Source: Alphaproteobacteria bacterium
GTDB lineage: Bacteria; Pseudomonadota; Alphaproteobacteria; MPNO01; UBA830
NCBI GenBank assembly: GCA_964291215.2
Contig: OZ219791.1
Span: forward strand, 512,001-576,000
Reading direction: 5' to 3'
DNA length: 64,000 bases
Position numbers and translations under genes: made by a program. The notes beneath the pieces are model-generated. The model saw only the letters and a list, made by a program, of their open reading frames with translations, had not been told where the DNA came from and ran no database searches. Below are positions 33,026 through 44,721 of the stretch, in pieces; the first letter of the stretch is position 1, and each line of letters starts with the position of its first letter.

Positions 33026-34764
33026 CCGAAGTTCCAGAGCCGATCAGACGTAAGTGCCTGATAGAAATCACATTCAATAAATTTCAGCGGTGTCTGTCTG
33101 GGTACACCAGGGCTTCACGCCTAGGAGCTTGAATGCCCTTCTCTGGAGCGGCGTGGGCCGTGTGGTGACCTGGAAGGGTTCGGCGCCCGCAAGGCGGGGC
33201 GCCACGGTGTTGCGGGTGGCAAGATCGCCGATGAGGGTGCGGAAGCTGTGCCCCCTCCGGGCGTCCTCTTCGTTGTTGCCTTGGCCCGGGCGCTCGCCGA
33301 GACTTCTGCCGGCGCCACGACGGACGGCCGCCTTCGGCATCCTCGTCGTCGAACAGCATGGGCTTCAGTCGCATGTGCCATGTAGTAGGCGAGCATGCAC
33401 AGGAAGATGTGGGCCCGGGGCGGTGGTAGACGGGACGGACCTTCAGGTCCTTGAGGCTGCGGAAGGCCCGTTCCACGGAGCTCAGCCGCTTGTAGGCGCG
33501 CACCGTGCCGGGACCGTCGAGCTCGCTCTGCGGCAGGCTGGTGCGGACCACGTAGAGACCGTCGAGCCTGGCCTCGGCAGCGATCGCAGCCTCATCGCGC
33601 CCATAGGTGAAGACACCGTCATCGTCGATGGACCACGTGAAGTGCTTCGCCATCCTGCCGATGACCTTCCGCTCCCCGATCTTCCCGGCGCTTGTCGCGC
33701 CGTGTCGCTGCGGCAATCGGTGCGAGCCTCGGTGGCCTCGAGCAGTTCCTGGCGCTTGCGAGCCCGATCCAGCAGGGGGTTGCGGCAGAGGCGTTCGCCG
33801 GGATACGCATTGCTGGTGATCTCCACCAGGTCTCTCTCGTCGAAGAGCGACATCTCGATGTCGCCGGCCTCCACCAGTGAACGGATGGCCGGTCCCCTCA
33901 AGGCGCTGATCCAGTCCAGACCCGCAGGCTTGACCTCCTCGCGGATCCGCGCCTCGGTCAGCATCCCCCGGTCCCCCACCAGTACCACCTTCGCAAAGGA
34001 GAACCGCTCCCGCAGCGTGGCGATCTGTGAGGACACCGTGGCCGGGTGTTGCCGGGGAACACCCGCACCGACACCCGTCCCGGTCGCACAGAAGGCCGAC
34101 TGCAGCTTGCCCTTCTTGCCATCCCGGGAATGACCCCGTTGGGCCAAGGGGCATGCCCTCCCCTCCATCCACACGGAAGTCAGGAGCACCAGGCAGCCCT
34201 CTTCGAGGTGCCGCCAGGGGATCTTCTCCTGACGTTCCAGGAGCCGTAGAGGGCATTCTCGTCCAACTCCGCATCAAGGTGCTGACCGCTGTCGCCAGCC
34301 CCCTGGCCAGCTTCGAGGCGGGCTCAAGGATGCGTGCCACGATCATGGCGAAAACCTGATCGCGCTCGGGAGAAGGCTTCGGGTCGATCCGCCGGTCCAG
34401 TTTCTTCAGGGTTCCCAGCACCGCGGCGACATGGGGAAGAGAGCGGACGAGGCGTCGTTGAGACCTGCGGTTCCTCCCTTGAGCAGAATGCGCAATCCCT
34501 CGATGAGAGCGGGCTTGGAAAGGTTGGCGAGGGTGCGCTTCTTGACCGTTCCGGCTTCGCGGTAGGACTCGCGGAGCAGGATGGCGGGCGGGGACGAGCG
34601 GTTGGGGATGGATTCGATATACATGGCTATAGGCGGCAGATCCATGGATGTCAAGCATCCAACATAATATTACATGGGTACAATATGACGCACGAAAAAT
34701 CCAATAAACCACACTGCATCAATGACTTGGCGTGCATTTCAACCGGAATTTTCTGGAACTTCGG
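33026..34764 (-). mobile_element. IS1634-family element, heavily degenerate
   Basis: TIR CCGAAGTTCCAGA, 6-bp TSD CCTAAA. MYIESIPNRSSPPAILLRESYRE, VGDRGM, DGLYVVRTS, YKRLSSVERAFRSLK. Confidence 0.85.
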
Positions 34765-34765
34765 C

Positions 34766-35779
34766 CTAAAACCCTTCCGGCCCGCGCGAGACACCGGCTT
34801 CCGCAAATGTCGCCATGCCCCGGTGCGCGGCGACAGCGACACGCACCACCCCGAGGGCCGCGGCCGCGCCGGTTCCTTCGCCGAGACGCATCCCGAGATC
34901 CAGAATCGGCTCCTTGCCAAGCGCGCGCAGCAGGCGCCGATGGCCCGGCTCCGCCGAGACGTGCCCGGCAACGCAGTGATCAAGCGCTCCGGACCGGGAT
35001 TTTTCGAGCACCGCAGCAGCGGCCGTCGCCACAAAGCCGTCGAGGATCACGGGCACCTGTCGGCGGCGGGCGCCAAGTACGGCGCCGGCGAGCGCCGCGA
35101 TTTCGTAGCCGCCGACCCGGCAGAGCGCCTCGACCGGGTGTCCGATTTCACTGCCATGGAGGTCGGCCGCCGCAGCGACAACCCGTGTCTTGACCGCCAC
35201 CCCGACGGGATCGAGACCGGTTCCCGGACCGGTCCAGTCGGCAGCGGTGCCGCCGAACAGCGCGCAGGCAAGCGCCGCGGCTGCGGTGGTGTTGCCTATG
35301 CCCATCTCCCCGACGACAAGCATGTCCGCATTGCCGGGCACGGCGTCGAACCCGGTCCGGAAGCACGACGCGCACGCCCCCTCATCCATGGCCGGCGCCG
35401 TGGTGAAGTCCGCGGTCGGCTGTCCGCCGAGAAGCTCGACAACCTTAAGCCCGGCCGAATGCACGCCAGCCATCTGGTTGATCGCGGCACCGCCGGTGGA
35501 CAGGCAGTGCAGCATCTGCCCCGTTACCTCCGGCGGGTATGCCGAAACGCCGCGCGCGGCAACACCGTGATTTCCGGCAAACACCAAGATCCGCACATCG
35601 TCGAGGCGGGGAGGATGACGTGCCTGCCAGGCAGCGCACCATTCGGCCAGCATTTCCAGCCGGCCAAGCGCCCCCTCCGGCTTGACGAGTTCGGCTTCGC
35701 GCTCGCGCGTGCGGGCGATGGACTCCCGGTCGGAATCAGGCATATTATCGAACAGCCTGACAATATCGTCGTAATCCAA
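34766..35779 (-). CDS. cobT: Nicotinate-nucleotide--dimethylbenzimidazole phosphoribosyltransferase
   Basis: KPEGALGRLE, FAGNHGV, GEMGIGNTT, MRLGEGTG. Confidence 0.95.
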   Translation of the reverse strand: MDYDDIVRLFDNMPDSDRESIARTREREAELVKPEGALGRLEMLAEWCAAWQARHPPRLDDVRILVFAGNHGVAARGVSAYPPEVTGQMLHCLSTGGAAINQMAGVHSAGLKVVELLGGQPTADFTTAPAMDEGACASCFRTGFDAVPGNADMLVVGEMGIGNTTAAAALACALFGGTAADWTGPGTGLDPVGVAVKTRVVAAAADLHGSEIGHPVEALCRVGGYEIAALAGAVLGARRRQVPVILDGFVATAAAAVLEKSRSGALDHCVAGHVSAEPGHRRLLRALGKEPILDLGMRLGEGTGAAAALGVVRVAVAAHRGMATFAEAGVSRGPEGF

Positions 35780-35831
35780 CGAAGGCCTCCCCGCTTACAC
35801 GGATGGCAACACATAGCACGTTGGCACCGGC

Positions 35832-36620
35832 ATGACTGATTCGGAACGCGAACAGCTGATCCCTGCCATATTCGGAGACATCTATGCCAGCGTTGTCTTC
35901 CTGACCCGCCTTCCGGCGCCGCCATGGGCGGAAGCGGCTCGGCGCCCGCTGGCAGGCGCCATGTGGGCGTTTCCCCTGTCCGGCGTTCTCGTCGCCACAG
36001 TCATGGCCGCCTTCTATGCCGGCGGAGCGGGGTGCGGCCTGCCACCGGTTCTCTCGGCGCTGATCGCGATTGCGGGCGGCGCTCTCCTTACGGGAGGCCT
36101 GCATGAGGACGGGCTAGCGGACTTCGCCGATGGCCTGGGCGGCGGGACGACGCCGGAACGGCGGCTGGAGATCATGTCGGACAGCCGTATCGGAACATAC
36201 GGCGTGCTCGTGCTGGTCATTTCGGTTGGCGGCAAAGCGGCTGCGCTTGCCGCGATCGGCGATGTGTTCGCGGTATTCGGCGCCCTGGTCGCGGCGGCGG
36301 CGATCAGCCGCGGGCTTCTGCCGATCGTCGTTGCATCGATGGAACCGGCCAAGGAGGACGGACTCGGCCGGCTTGCAGATCGCCCGACTGCGCCGGTCTG
36401 GGCGGTCGCCCTCGGGCTCGGAGTTACCATCGTCATTCTCGCCGCACCAGGCGGCTGGATCGGGTGTCTGCTCGCCGCCGCGATCGCCGCCCTGGTGACT
36501 GGCTGGATCGCCCGTCAGGCTATCGGCGGCTATACCGGTGACGTTCTCGGCGCCGTCCAGCAGGCTGCAGAATTCCTTGCCCTCGTCCTGATTGCCGGGG
36601 TCATGACGCCAGACGGTTGA
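35832..36620 (+). CDS. cobS: Adenosylcobinamide-GDP ribazoletransferase (cobalamin synthase)
   Basis: TGGLHEDGLADFADG, IMSDSRIGTYG, GGYTGDVLGA. Confidence 0.95.
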   Translation: MTDSEREQLIPAIFGDIYASVVFLTRLPAPPWAEAARRPLAGAMWAFPLSGVLVATVMAAFYAGGAGCGLPPVLSALIAIAGGALLTGGLHEDGLADFADGLGGGTTPERRLEIMSDSRIGTYGVLVLVISVGGKAAALAAIGDVFAVFGALVAAAAISRGLLPIVVASMEPAKEDGLGRLADRPTAPVWAVALGLGVTIVILAAPGGWIGCLLAAAIAALVTGWIARQAIGGYTGDVLGAVQQAAEFLALVLIAGVMTPDG

Positions 36621-37203
36621 CGAACCGCACGCGCCACGCATCGGCATCGAAACGGTCGCAACGGGTTACCGACAGCGTGTCGATCATGAACGACGACGCG
36701 ACCTCCGGCTGCACCCCGAGAGCCGCGGCAAGAAAACCCCTGACGCTGCCGGCGTGGATCACCGCGACCACGTTCCGGCCGGAAAGGCGGCGCGACCAGG
36801 AATCGGCAGCTGCCGATACCCGGTGCGCCACCTCGGAGAACCGCTCACCGCCAGGCGGTTCCATGTCGTGCCAGGACAGTCCCGCATCGTTCAACTCGTC
36901 CCAGAGGTCGGGCCGCGACCGCCCCTCCCAGTCCCCGAAATGCTGCTCGGCGAAGTCCGGCTCCTCGAATATCTCCGCGCCATCGACGCCCCTGGCGCCA
37001 AGAATCGCATCAAGTGTGCGCCGCGTCCGCGACAGGTTCGAGACGATCCACGCGGGATTGTCGGGGAGCATCGCCGAAAGCGACCGGAAATGCGCCTCCG
37101 GCGGCAGGATGACGCCGAGATCGAGCGCCCCATAGGCCAGGTCGTCCGGATTCGCCACCGGCGCATGACGGACGAGCCACCATTGCGTGACCTGATCACT
37201 CAT
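36601..37203 (-). CDS. Histidine phosphatase family protein (alpha-ribazole phosphatase-like)
   Basis: LVRHAP, EQHFGDWEG, PPGGE, HAG; cob gene context. Confidence 0.85.
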   Translation of the reverse strand: MSDQVTQWWLVRHAPVANPDDLAYGALDLGVILPPEAHFRSLSAMLPDNPAWIVSNLSRTRRTLDAILGARGVDGAEIFEEPDFAEQHFGDWEGRSRPDLWDELNDAGLSWHDMEPPGGERFSEVAHRVSAAADSWSRRLSGRNVVAVIHAGSVRGFLAAALGVQPEVASSFMIDTLSVTRCDRFDADAWRVRFVNRLAS

Positions 37204-38186
37204 GACGCAAGCGCCCTTTCGAGCCGGCGCCAGTGAGCCTCGGGGCCGGGAAGGCCGAAACGCAGGAATTGCTCATTCTCCGGGAATCTCCTGACATGGA
37301 TGCCGGCCCTGCCGAGCCGCGCATGAATGTGCTGCGCGTCAGCATGGAGGCAATGACGAAACAGCGAGGTACCGCCGGCAATCCGCATGCCCGCGGCACC
37401 GAGGACGGCGTCGAGTCGTTCAGTCGCAGCCGCCAGCGCGGCGCGGGTTCGCGCCTGCCATTCGGTGTCGGCCAACGCCGCCGTCCCGATCTCGGCCGCC
37501 ACCGACGACACGGGCCACGGGCCAAGCACCCGGCGGAGGTCTCCGGCGGTTTCCGGATCCGCTATCGCGAAGCCGAGCCGCAGTCCCGGCCACCCGAAGA
37601 ACTTGCCGAACGAGCGCAGGATTATCACGTTGGCCGGCGCCCCGGCAACCAGCGACAACGCCGGGTCGAGATCAGCGAACGCTTCGTCGACGACGACCTG
37701 GCCGCCACGCTTTCCCAGCGTCCGAGCCAGCGCCAGGATCCGGTCCGGGTCCACGACCCTTCCGTCGGGATTGTTGGGCCGGGTCAGCACCACGACATCC
37801 GCATCGACGGCGGCGGCGGGATCGGCAATCTCCTTGACCAGATGGCCGGCCGCGGCCCAGACGGGCGCGTGTTCGCCATAGGTCGGCGCGACCACGGCTA
37901 CGCGGCCCGCCGGTCGCAATCGGGGGAACCACTGGATCAGAGCCTGTGTTCCCGGCGCTGATACCACCCGATCCGGATCGTGACAGCCATATGATGCGGC
38001 CGCTGCAGCGCGCAGGCCTTCGAGCAGGCCGCTGTCCGGCAGGCGCCAGGCAGCCGCCATCGCGGCCGGATCGGCGGGCCACGGCCACGGATTGACGCCG
38101 GTGCTCAGATCCACCCAGCCCTCTGCCGGAGTCCCGAACTGTTTGGACGCAGCCGCCAGATCGCCACCATGCAGGATCTCGCTCAG
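37200..38186 (-). CDS. cobD: Threonine-phosphate decarboxylase
   Basis: HGGDL, DLSTGVNP, PNNPDG, DEAF, RSFGKFFG. Start codon uncertain, possibly CTG at 38186. Confidence 0.88.
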   Translation of the reverse strand: MSEILHGGDLAAASKQFGTPAEGWVDLSTGVNPWPWPADPAAMAAAWRLPDSGLLEGLRAAAAASYGCHDPDRVVSAPGTQALIQWFPRLRPAGRVAVVAPTYGEHAPVWAAAGHLVKEIADPAAAVDADVVVLTRPNNPDGRVVDPDRILALARTLGKRGGQVVVDEAFADLDPALSLVAGAPANVIILRSFGKFFGWPGLRLGFAIADPETAGDLRRVLGPWPVSSVAAEIGTAALADTEWQARTRAALAAATERLDAVLGAAGMRIAGGTSLFRHCLHADAQHIHARLGRAGIHVRRFPENEQFLRFGLPGPEAHWRRLERALAS

Positions 38187-38719
38187 GACTCATCCCCCTT
38201 GAGCGCAAGCGGGAGACCCGCCGCGACGAGCACAACCCGATCGGCGACGCCGGCGACCGCCTGGTTGAGCGTGCCATGGAGATCCCGGAACCTGCGCGAA
38301 AGAGGGTTGTCGGGGACGATGCCGTAGCCGATTTCGTTCGAGATAACCACTGCTGGGCCGCGCACCGCCCCAAGCGCCGTGACCAGTGCCGCCGTCTCGG
38401 CGCCGGCATCGCGCTTGCACATGACCAGGTTCCCGAGCCATACGGTCAGGCAATCGATCAGCACTGCGTTCCCGGTCCGCGCATTGGCCTGGAGCGCCGC
38501 GGCAAGCTCGAGCGGCGCCTCGATCGTCGTCCATGCCGCGCTTCGCCGTGCGCGATGATCCGCTATTCTCGCCGCCATCTCATCGTCCGTTTCCTCTGCG
38601 GTCGCAATGTAGATTTGGCGAAGGCCGCTCTCCCCGACGAGAGACTCGGCATAGGCGCTCTTGCCCGAGGCGGCGCCCCCCACCACGAGCGTAACGGCCG
38701 GGAGCGTACCGTCGGTCAC
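38183..38719 (-). CDS. cobU: Bifunctional adenosylcobinamide kinase / phosphate guanylyltransferase
   Basis: GGAASGKS, YIATA, DCLTVW, SNEIGYG. Confidence 0.93.
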   Translation of the reverse strand: MTDGTLPAVTLVVGGAASGKSAYAESLVGESGLRQIYIATAEETDDEMAARIADHRARRSAAWTTIEAPLELAAALQANARTGNAVLIDCLTVWLGNLVMCKRDAGAETAALVTALGAVRGPAVVISNEIGYGIVPDNPLSRRFRDLHGTLNQAVAGVADRVVLVAAGLPLALKGDES

Positions 38720-38986
38720 GGAGTCATGCTCTCGCAGGAAAGCGCACGCACCGCGCAGGACCCGCAGCCGGGACGTGGGCGACATCCGCCCTCGGCAGCT
38801 GCGCGCGGGCAGCGCATACGACATCTCTGACGGAAAAGGCGATACAGGTCACTGGAACGGGTCCGCAGGTTCGGGTGACTCCATTATTCATCGACTGCGT
38901 TGCGGCGCAACCAGCGTAGTGGTGTATACATCAGGGAAGCGGCGCCGGGGAAACGGCTGCCGCACGAAACCGGGAGGAGAGCGGCC

Positions 38987-39823
38987 ATGGGCTACGCGAC
39001 GGCGCCGGACGGCGTAAGGCTTTATTTTGAGGAGGTGGGGAGCGGGGTGCCGATCCTCTTCATCCACGAGTTCGCCGGCGATCATCGTGCCTGGGAGCCG
39101 CAACTGGCCCATTTCGGGCGGCGGTGGCGCTGCATCACCTATTCCGCCCGCGGGTACCCGGGATCAGATATTCCCGAAGATCCGGAGAGCTACTCGCAGG
39201 ATATTGCCCGCGACGACGCCCTTGCCGTGCTCGATCACCTCGGCATCGAAAAAGCCCACATCGTCGGCCTGTCCATGGGCGGCTTCGCGACGGTGCATTT
39301 CGGCTTCACCTATCCCGGACGCGCGCTCTCGCTCACCATCGGCGGTTGCGGCTACGGCGCGGAACCGTCCACCCGCGAGGAATTTCAGGCGGTAGCGCTC
39401 GATGCCGCGGAGAACTTCGAAACACGCGGCGCCGCCGACTACGCAGAGGAGTACGGTATAGCCCCCGGCCGCGAGCAGTATCAGCGGAAGGATCCGCGGG
39501 GATGGCGTGCTTTTGTCGACCGGCTTGCCGAACATTCCGTTATCGGATCCGCGCTCACCATGCGTGGCGTGCAGGCGAGGCGTCCGGGCCTGTGGGACCT
39601 TGAGGAGAAAATTCGCACAATCTCGGCCCCCGCGATGATAGTTACCGGAGACGCCGACTGGCGCTGCCTCACCCCGGGCGTCTTCATGAAGGATTGCATC
39701 CGGGATGCACGGCTGTTCGTCCTGCCCGACACCGGACACCTGCTCAATCTGGAGGAGCCGGCCCTGTTCAACATGGTGCTTGACGACTTTCTCGCATACG
39801 CTGAGGCGGCCGAGAAATCCTGA
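38987..39823 (+). CDS. Alpha/beta hydrolase
   Basis: HEFAG, GLSMGG, GHLLNLEEP. Confidence 0.88.
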   Translation: MGYATAPDGVRLYFEEVGSGVPILFIHEFAGDHRAWEPQLAHFGRRWRCITYSARGYPGSDIPEDPESYSQDIARDDALAVLDHLGIEKAHIVGLSMGGFATVHFGFTYPGRALSLTIGGCGYGAEPSTREEFQAVALDAAENFETRGAADYAEEYGIAPGREQYQRKDPRGWRAFVDRLAEHSVIGSALTMRGVQARRPGLWDLEEKIRTISAPAMIVTGDADWRCLTPGVFMKDCIRDARLFVLPDTGHLLNLEEPALFNMVLDDFLAYAEAAEKS

Positions 39824-39889
39824 ACCCTGCTGTCACGCGGCCGCGGCGCCCTCGAAAACCCCGCCGGTACGGCAACGTTCCTCGGCACA

Positions 39890-40156
39890 AGCCTGTTCTC
39901 GCTCATCAGCCAGAACTGGCGCGGCAAGCCGCTGCGCAGCCTCGCGACCATCATCAGCCTGATCAGCGCAACCACCACCGAAGCCGGCCTCAAGGTCTAT
40001 TGCGATGTCGACGAAAACACCTATCCGAAGGGAATCAAGGTCGACGATGCCGAAATAAAGGCTCTCGACATCAAGCGCGCTAAATTTCAAGTCAAGTGGA
40101 GCTATTCGCTCTTGCCAACACCCAATACAGACGCCGTTGTTTCGTGACGGGCCCCC
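39890..40156 (+). mobile_element. ISAzo13-family 3' remnant
   Basis: NWRGKPL..ISATTTEAGLKVYCDVDENTYPKGIKV; end TTTCGTGACGGGCCCC. Confidence 0.65.
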
Positions 40157-40436
40157 AGAAGGCGCGAAAGGGCGTCCGTCGCACCTCAAGCGACAATGTG
40201 AAGAGCTCCGACTGGAACTCGACCGCCCATTTCATCGCCGGAATATGTATTTGCAGTCATATGAAGTCAAGTTCATTGCCGTGATCTCCTGGACCGGTTG
40301 TGATGAACGGAACGCGCCGCGGTGCGCGAGGAGAGGCCGGATGCGGCGGAGCGCCTCAGATCGTGAGGCGGCATTCCCGAACATGCGTTCGGGCGCCGTT
40401 TGCTGCATAATCCCGACCATCAACGCGGAGCGTGTC

Positions 40437-41346
40437 TTGCCAATTGCCGTCCTTTCCCTCCTGCTGTTGCTCCTAGCCGCCGTCTCGCCGGCATTCGCCG
40501 GCGCCGCGAAAGCATTGCGCATTGCGGCCTGGAATCTTGAGCATCTGAACGACAACGAAACCAAAGGTTGCCTGCGGCGCACGCAGGAAGATTATGACGC
40601 CATCGGCCGCGCGGTCATGGAACTCGACGCAGCGGTGATCGCGTTTCAGGAAGTGAAAAACGAGGCCGCGGCGCGTCTTTCCGCCGGCGACTTGGCATAT
40701 CGAGATATCGACCCGGCCCGATCCGGGTCCAGGCGCCCCGTGCCGGGACCGGCCGGAGAGCCGTCTCGGTCATCTGGCGACAGGTTTCGCCATCCGTAGC
40801 GATGTCTCCTATGAGCGCAATCCCGACCTGTCCGCCCTCGGAAAACTCGACTTGTTTCAACGCTGGGCAACTGACGTGACGATTACGGCGGGCGGGCGCA
40901 GCCTGCGGCTGCTCTCAGTCCATCTCAAGACGGGGTGCTGGGGTTCGCCGCAGGATCGGGATTCCCAGCGAACCCAAATCTGCGAAACGTTGCGGAGACA
41001 GATGCTGATCCTCAAAGGCTGGGCCGATGCGCGTCGCCAGGATGGAACCGTGTTCGTGATTCTGGGCGACTTCAACCGCCGCCTCGCGGTCTCCGGCGAC
41101 TGGGCATGGCAAATCCTGTCACCGCCGACCGCGCGGCTCCACTTGGCGACTGCAGGCCAGATTACCCGTTGCGACCCCCGCTACAACCAGTATATCGACC
41201 ACCTTATCCTGGATGACGGGGCGGCGGACATGGTCGTGGAGAATTCATTCCGCGAACGGCCGCGCCACGGCCGTCACCCGGATCACTGTGTGGTATCCGT
41301 CGAATTCTCGCTGGCCGCGGCCGGCATCGGGCGCGCCCGCAAGTAG
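40437..41346 (+). pseudogene. Exported endonuclease/exonuclease/phosphatase family protein, frameshifted
   Basis: Signal peptide, IAAWNLEHL, AFQEV, then another frame with SVHLKTGC, GDFNRR, IDH, PDHC. Confidence 0.75.
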
Positions 41347-41927
41347 TGTTGTCGGTTGGATAAAACGGCGGGATTTCGGCGATTCGCCGCACTTTTCAGG
41401 ATCGTGTTTCTTTGCTGTTGTCAGGCCCTGTTGTCGCGGTTTCAGTGTTTGTCTGTTTGTCTCTGTGAATTTCGCCCGTTTTCTTCCCTGTTGTCGTTTC
41501 GGTCCGGTTCCGGTTTTTCTGCCGGCATGTGATCCGGGCTCCTGAGGGTTGTCGGGAAGGTTCTGGTGTTTCGCGGGATCGTCTGCCTTTCCTGTCGCCC
41601 GGGTCCTGTTGTCCGGGCCCGGGGCGCCCTCGCGACGCCAGCACCAACAGATCAGCCTCGCCGCAAGGAGCCTTCCCAACGTCAGGACCATCGTCCTCGC
41701 GCAGGGCCACGACGAGGCCGGAGAACGTCAGGCCGAAACCCTGCGCACAAGGCTGAAGGTCCCCCTCGCGTCACGCTCCACAGACGCCGACCGCCAGAAA
41801 ACGAAGACCGCGCGGCCTCTCGTCAACGCCGCATGTCCTCGTACCCGTGTTCGCCCAATCCACACAGCCAACCGCTCAAAAGCGCGGTTCTCCGCCGAAA
41901 TCCCCCGTTCTGAATCGCCGCCGACAA
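41347..41927. mobile_element. Probable non-autonomous element with imperfect long TIRs
   Basis: TTGTCGG..AACGGCGGGATTTCGGCG versus CGCCGAAATCCCCCGTT..CCGACAA, with GTAG on both flanks. Confidence 0.5.
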
Positions 41928-42185
41928 GTAGAGCCGGAATTCTCACCGGCAAGATGACGTTTCCGGTAGATGGGCGCGCGGCACTGGTGCGCCGGCGTCG
42001 GAGAGAACGAGTTCGAGTTCGCAATTGGCGGCAGCGGCGAACATCCTGGCGTCAGGGATTGACGATACTGCGCGGGGAGGTTGCCGGCATGCCGGGCCGA
42101 TCAACCGCGAAATCAACCGGGAGGCCGCATATCGCACTTTGGGGTTCGAACCGCCACAGCAGCGGAGCGCAACCGTTCGGCAGCC

Positions 42186-43826
42186 CTACTCAACAGCTCC
42201 GGCGGTTGTTGGCAACTCGTAGCCGGAGAATGTCGCCCTGAGTTCCATCTTGAGCAGTTTCCCCGTCGCCGTGTGCGGAAGGTCGTCGACAAAGACAACA
42301 TCGTCCGGAATCCACCACTTGGCGACCTTGCCTTCGAAATACCCGAGGAGTTCGGCGCTCGATACGCTGCTGCCCTCGTTTCGCACCGCAACCAGCAGCG
42401 GGCGTTCGTCCCATTTCGGGTGGGCAACGCCGATGACCGCGGCCTCGAATATGCCGGGATGGCCGACCGCAATGTTCTCGAGGTCGATCGAGCTTATCCA
42501 TTCGCCGCCGGACTTGATCACGTCCTTTGAGCGGTCGGTGACCTGCACGTAGCCGTCGGCGTCAATCGTCGACACGTCGCCGGTGGCGAACCAGCCGCCC
42601 GCGTCATGGCTGTCGCCCTCTCCCTTGAAATAGGAACTGCATACCCAGTGGCCGCGGACCTTGAGTTCCCCGAAAGCCACATCGTCCCACTCCAGATCCC
42701 GGTTGTCGTCGTCGACGATCTTCATATCGACGCCGAAGCACGGACGCCCCTGCTTGACCTGACGGTCATAGCGTGCCTCGCGGGTCTCATCTTCCATCCC
42801 GTTCTTGGCTGTATTGACGGTGCCGATCGGGGACATTTCCGTCATCCCCCAGGCATGGAGCACCTGCACGCCGTACTTCTCCTCCAGCGCCACGCTCATG
42901 GCTCGCGGCGTCGCGGACCCACCGATAACGCAGCGCTGCAAGCTGTTGAGGCCGCCTCCGCTCCGCTCGAGATGGTCGAGCACCCCGAGCCAGACGGTGG
43001 GCACACCAGCCGACAGGCTGACCTTTTCCGCATCGACGAGTTCGCACAGGCTCGCGCCGTCAAGCTTCCGGCCCGGCATCACGAGCTTGGCGCCAACCAG
43101 AGTCGCCGAATACGGCAGGCCCCAGGCATTGACATGGAACATGGGAACGGCGGGCATCACCGAATCCCGCGCCGAGAGACTCATCAGGTCGGGCGCGGCC
43201 GTAGCAAGGGCGTGGAGAACGGTCGAGCGGTGGGTGTAGAGCACGCCTTTGGGGTTGCCGGTGGTGCCCGAGCTGTAGCACATCGACGACGCGGCCTCCT
43301 CGTCGAGAAGCGGCCATTCGTAATCATCGTCCTCGGCCGAGACCAGCGTCTCGTAGCAGTGCACGGCGGGCAGGGACGTCTCCGGCATGTGGCCGTCGTC
43401 GGTCATGACGACAACGGCGCGGACCGAGGTGAGTTCGCCCGCGATGCTCTCCAGAAGCGGAATGAAGTCCGCATCGACGAAGATGACCGAATCTTCCGCG
43501 TGGTTGGCGATGTAGGCGATCTGGCCGGGAAACAGGCGCGGATTGATGGCGTGGCATATGGCGCCCATGCCGGCAACGCCGAAATACAGCTCGTAGTGGC
43601 GGTAGCCGTTCCACGCGAGCGTCGCGACGCGGTCTCCCGTGTCGACCCCGAGGCCTGAAAGAGCTTTGGCCAGCCGCTTCGCGCGCGACCGGGCCTCGGC
43701 GTAGCCGTAGCGGTGAATCGGCCCTTCAAGAGTACGCGACACGATCTCGGTGGCGCCGTGAAACCTTGCTGCATGATCAAGAATCGAAGAGATCAGCAGC
43801 GGTTGTCTCATCATCAGGCCAAGCAT
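42186..43826 (-). CDS. Acyl-CoA ligase (DmdB/AlkK-like)
   Basis: [41 protein letters not shown]. Confidence 0.92.
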   Translation of the reverse strand: MLGLMMRQPLLISSILDHAARFHGATEIVSRTLEGPIHRYGYAEARSRAKRLAKALSGLGVDTGDRVATLAWNGYRHYELYFGVAGMGAICHAINPRLFPGQIAYIANHAEDSVIFVDADFIPLLESIAGELTSVRAVVVMTDDGHMPETSLPAVHCYETLVSAEDDDYEWPLLDEEAASSMCYSSGTTGNPKGVLYTHRSTVLHALATAAPDLMSLSARDSVMPAVPMFHVNAWGLPYSATLVGAKLVMPGRKLDGASLCELVDAEKVSLSAGVPTVWLGVLDHLERSGGGLNSLQRCVIGGSATPRAMSVALEEKYGVQVLHAWGMTEMSPIGTVNTAKNGMEDETREARYDRQVKQGRPCFGVDMKIVDDDNRDLEWDDVAFGELKVRGHWVCSSYFKGEGDSHDAGGWFATGDVSTIDADGYVQVTDRSKDVIKSGGEWISSIDLENIAVGHPGIFEAAVIGVAHPKWDERPLLVAVRNEGSSVSSAELLGYFEGKVAKWWIPDDVVFVDDLPHTATGKLLKMELRATFSGYELPTTAGAVE

Positions 43827-43917
43827 GAGGGGGGGCCCTTTGCGTAATCTCCGGTTCCTCGGTAAACAGGAAACTATCCTCTGACCTTCCCCGAGACAAT
43901 GACGGACAGGAGGCATC

Positions 43918-44721
43918 TTGGCGCACGAAAAACCGGCATTCGAAACACTGGATTTTGAGGTTGCCGACGGCATTGCGCAGTTGACCCTCAACCGCCCCGA
44001 CGCCGCCAATGCATTCACCCCCGAACTTTGCCGCGACCTTCTCGGGGCCGCGATCGTCTGCGACGAGCGCAATGACATACGCGCCGTGCTCCTCACGGGG
44101 GCGGGAAGCCTCTTCTCGGCCGGGGGCGACCTCAAGTTCTTCGCGTCGGCCGGCGACAACCTCGGTGCGGCGCTCAAGGCCATGACCGCGGACCTCCATG
44201 GCGCGATCGCCCGCATCGCTCACATGGACGCCCCCGTGGTCTGCGCTGTCAACGGCATGGCGGCCGGGGCCGGCGTCAGCCTCGCCATCGCCTGCGATTT
44301 CACGATCGCCGCCGAGTCCGCGCGCTTCACGCTCGCTTACACCGCGGCGGGTCTTTCCCCCGACGGCAGCTCGACCTGGTTCCTGCCCCGCATCGTCGGG
44401 TTGCGCCGCGCCCGCGAGCTCATGCTGACAAACCGGATGCTCACGGCCGGGGACGCGCACGCCCTCGACCTGGTCGACCTCGTGGTGCCTGATGAGGCGC
44501 TCGCCGGCGAAGCCCTTTCGCGGGCCGCTGCCTTCGCCACAGGCCCGACCCGGGCATACGGTGCCGCCAAGCGCCTCCTGCAGGACAGCATGACCAGCGG
44601 GCTCGAGACCCAGATGGACCGCGAATCGCGCATGATCGCCGACCTGTCGAAGGGCGCCGATGCGAAAGAGGGCATCGCGGCCTTCGTCGGCAAGCGCAAG
44701 CCGGCGTTCACCGGAGAATGA
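43918..44721 (+). CDS. Enoyl-CoA hydratase/isomerase family protein
   Basis: [26 protein letters not shown]. Confidence 0.9.
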   Translation: MAHEKPAFETLDFEVADGIAQLTLNRPDAANAFTPELCRDLLGAAIVCDERNDIRAVLLTGAGSLFSAGGDLKFFASAGDNLGAALKAMTADLHGAIARIAHMDAPVVCAVNGMAAGAGVSLAIACDFTIAAESARFTLAYTAAGLSPDGSSTWFLPRIVGLRRARELMLTNRMLTAGDAHALDLVDLVVPDEALAGEALSRAAAFATGPTRAYGAAKRLLQDSMTSGLETQMDRESRMIADLSKGADAKEGIAAFVGKRKPAFTGE

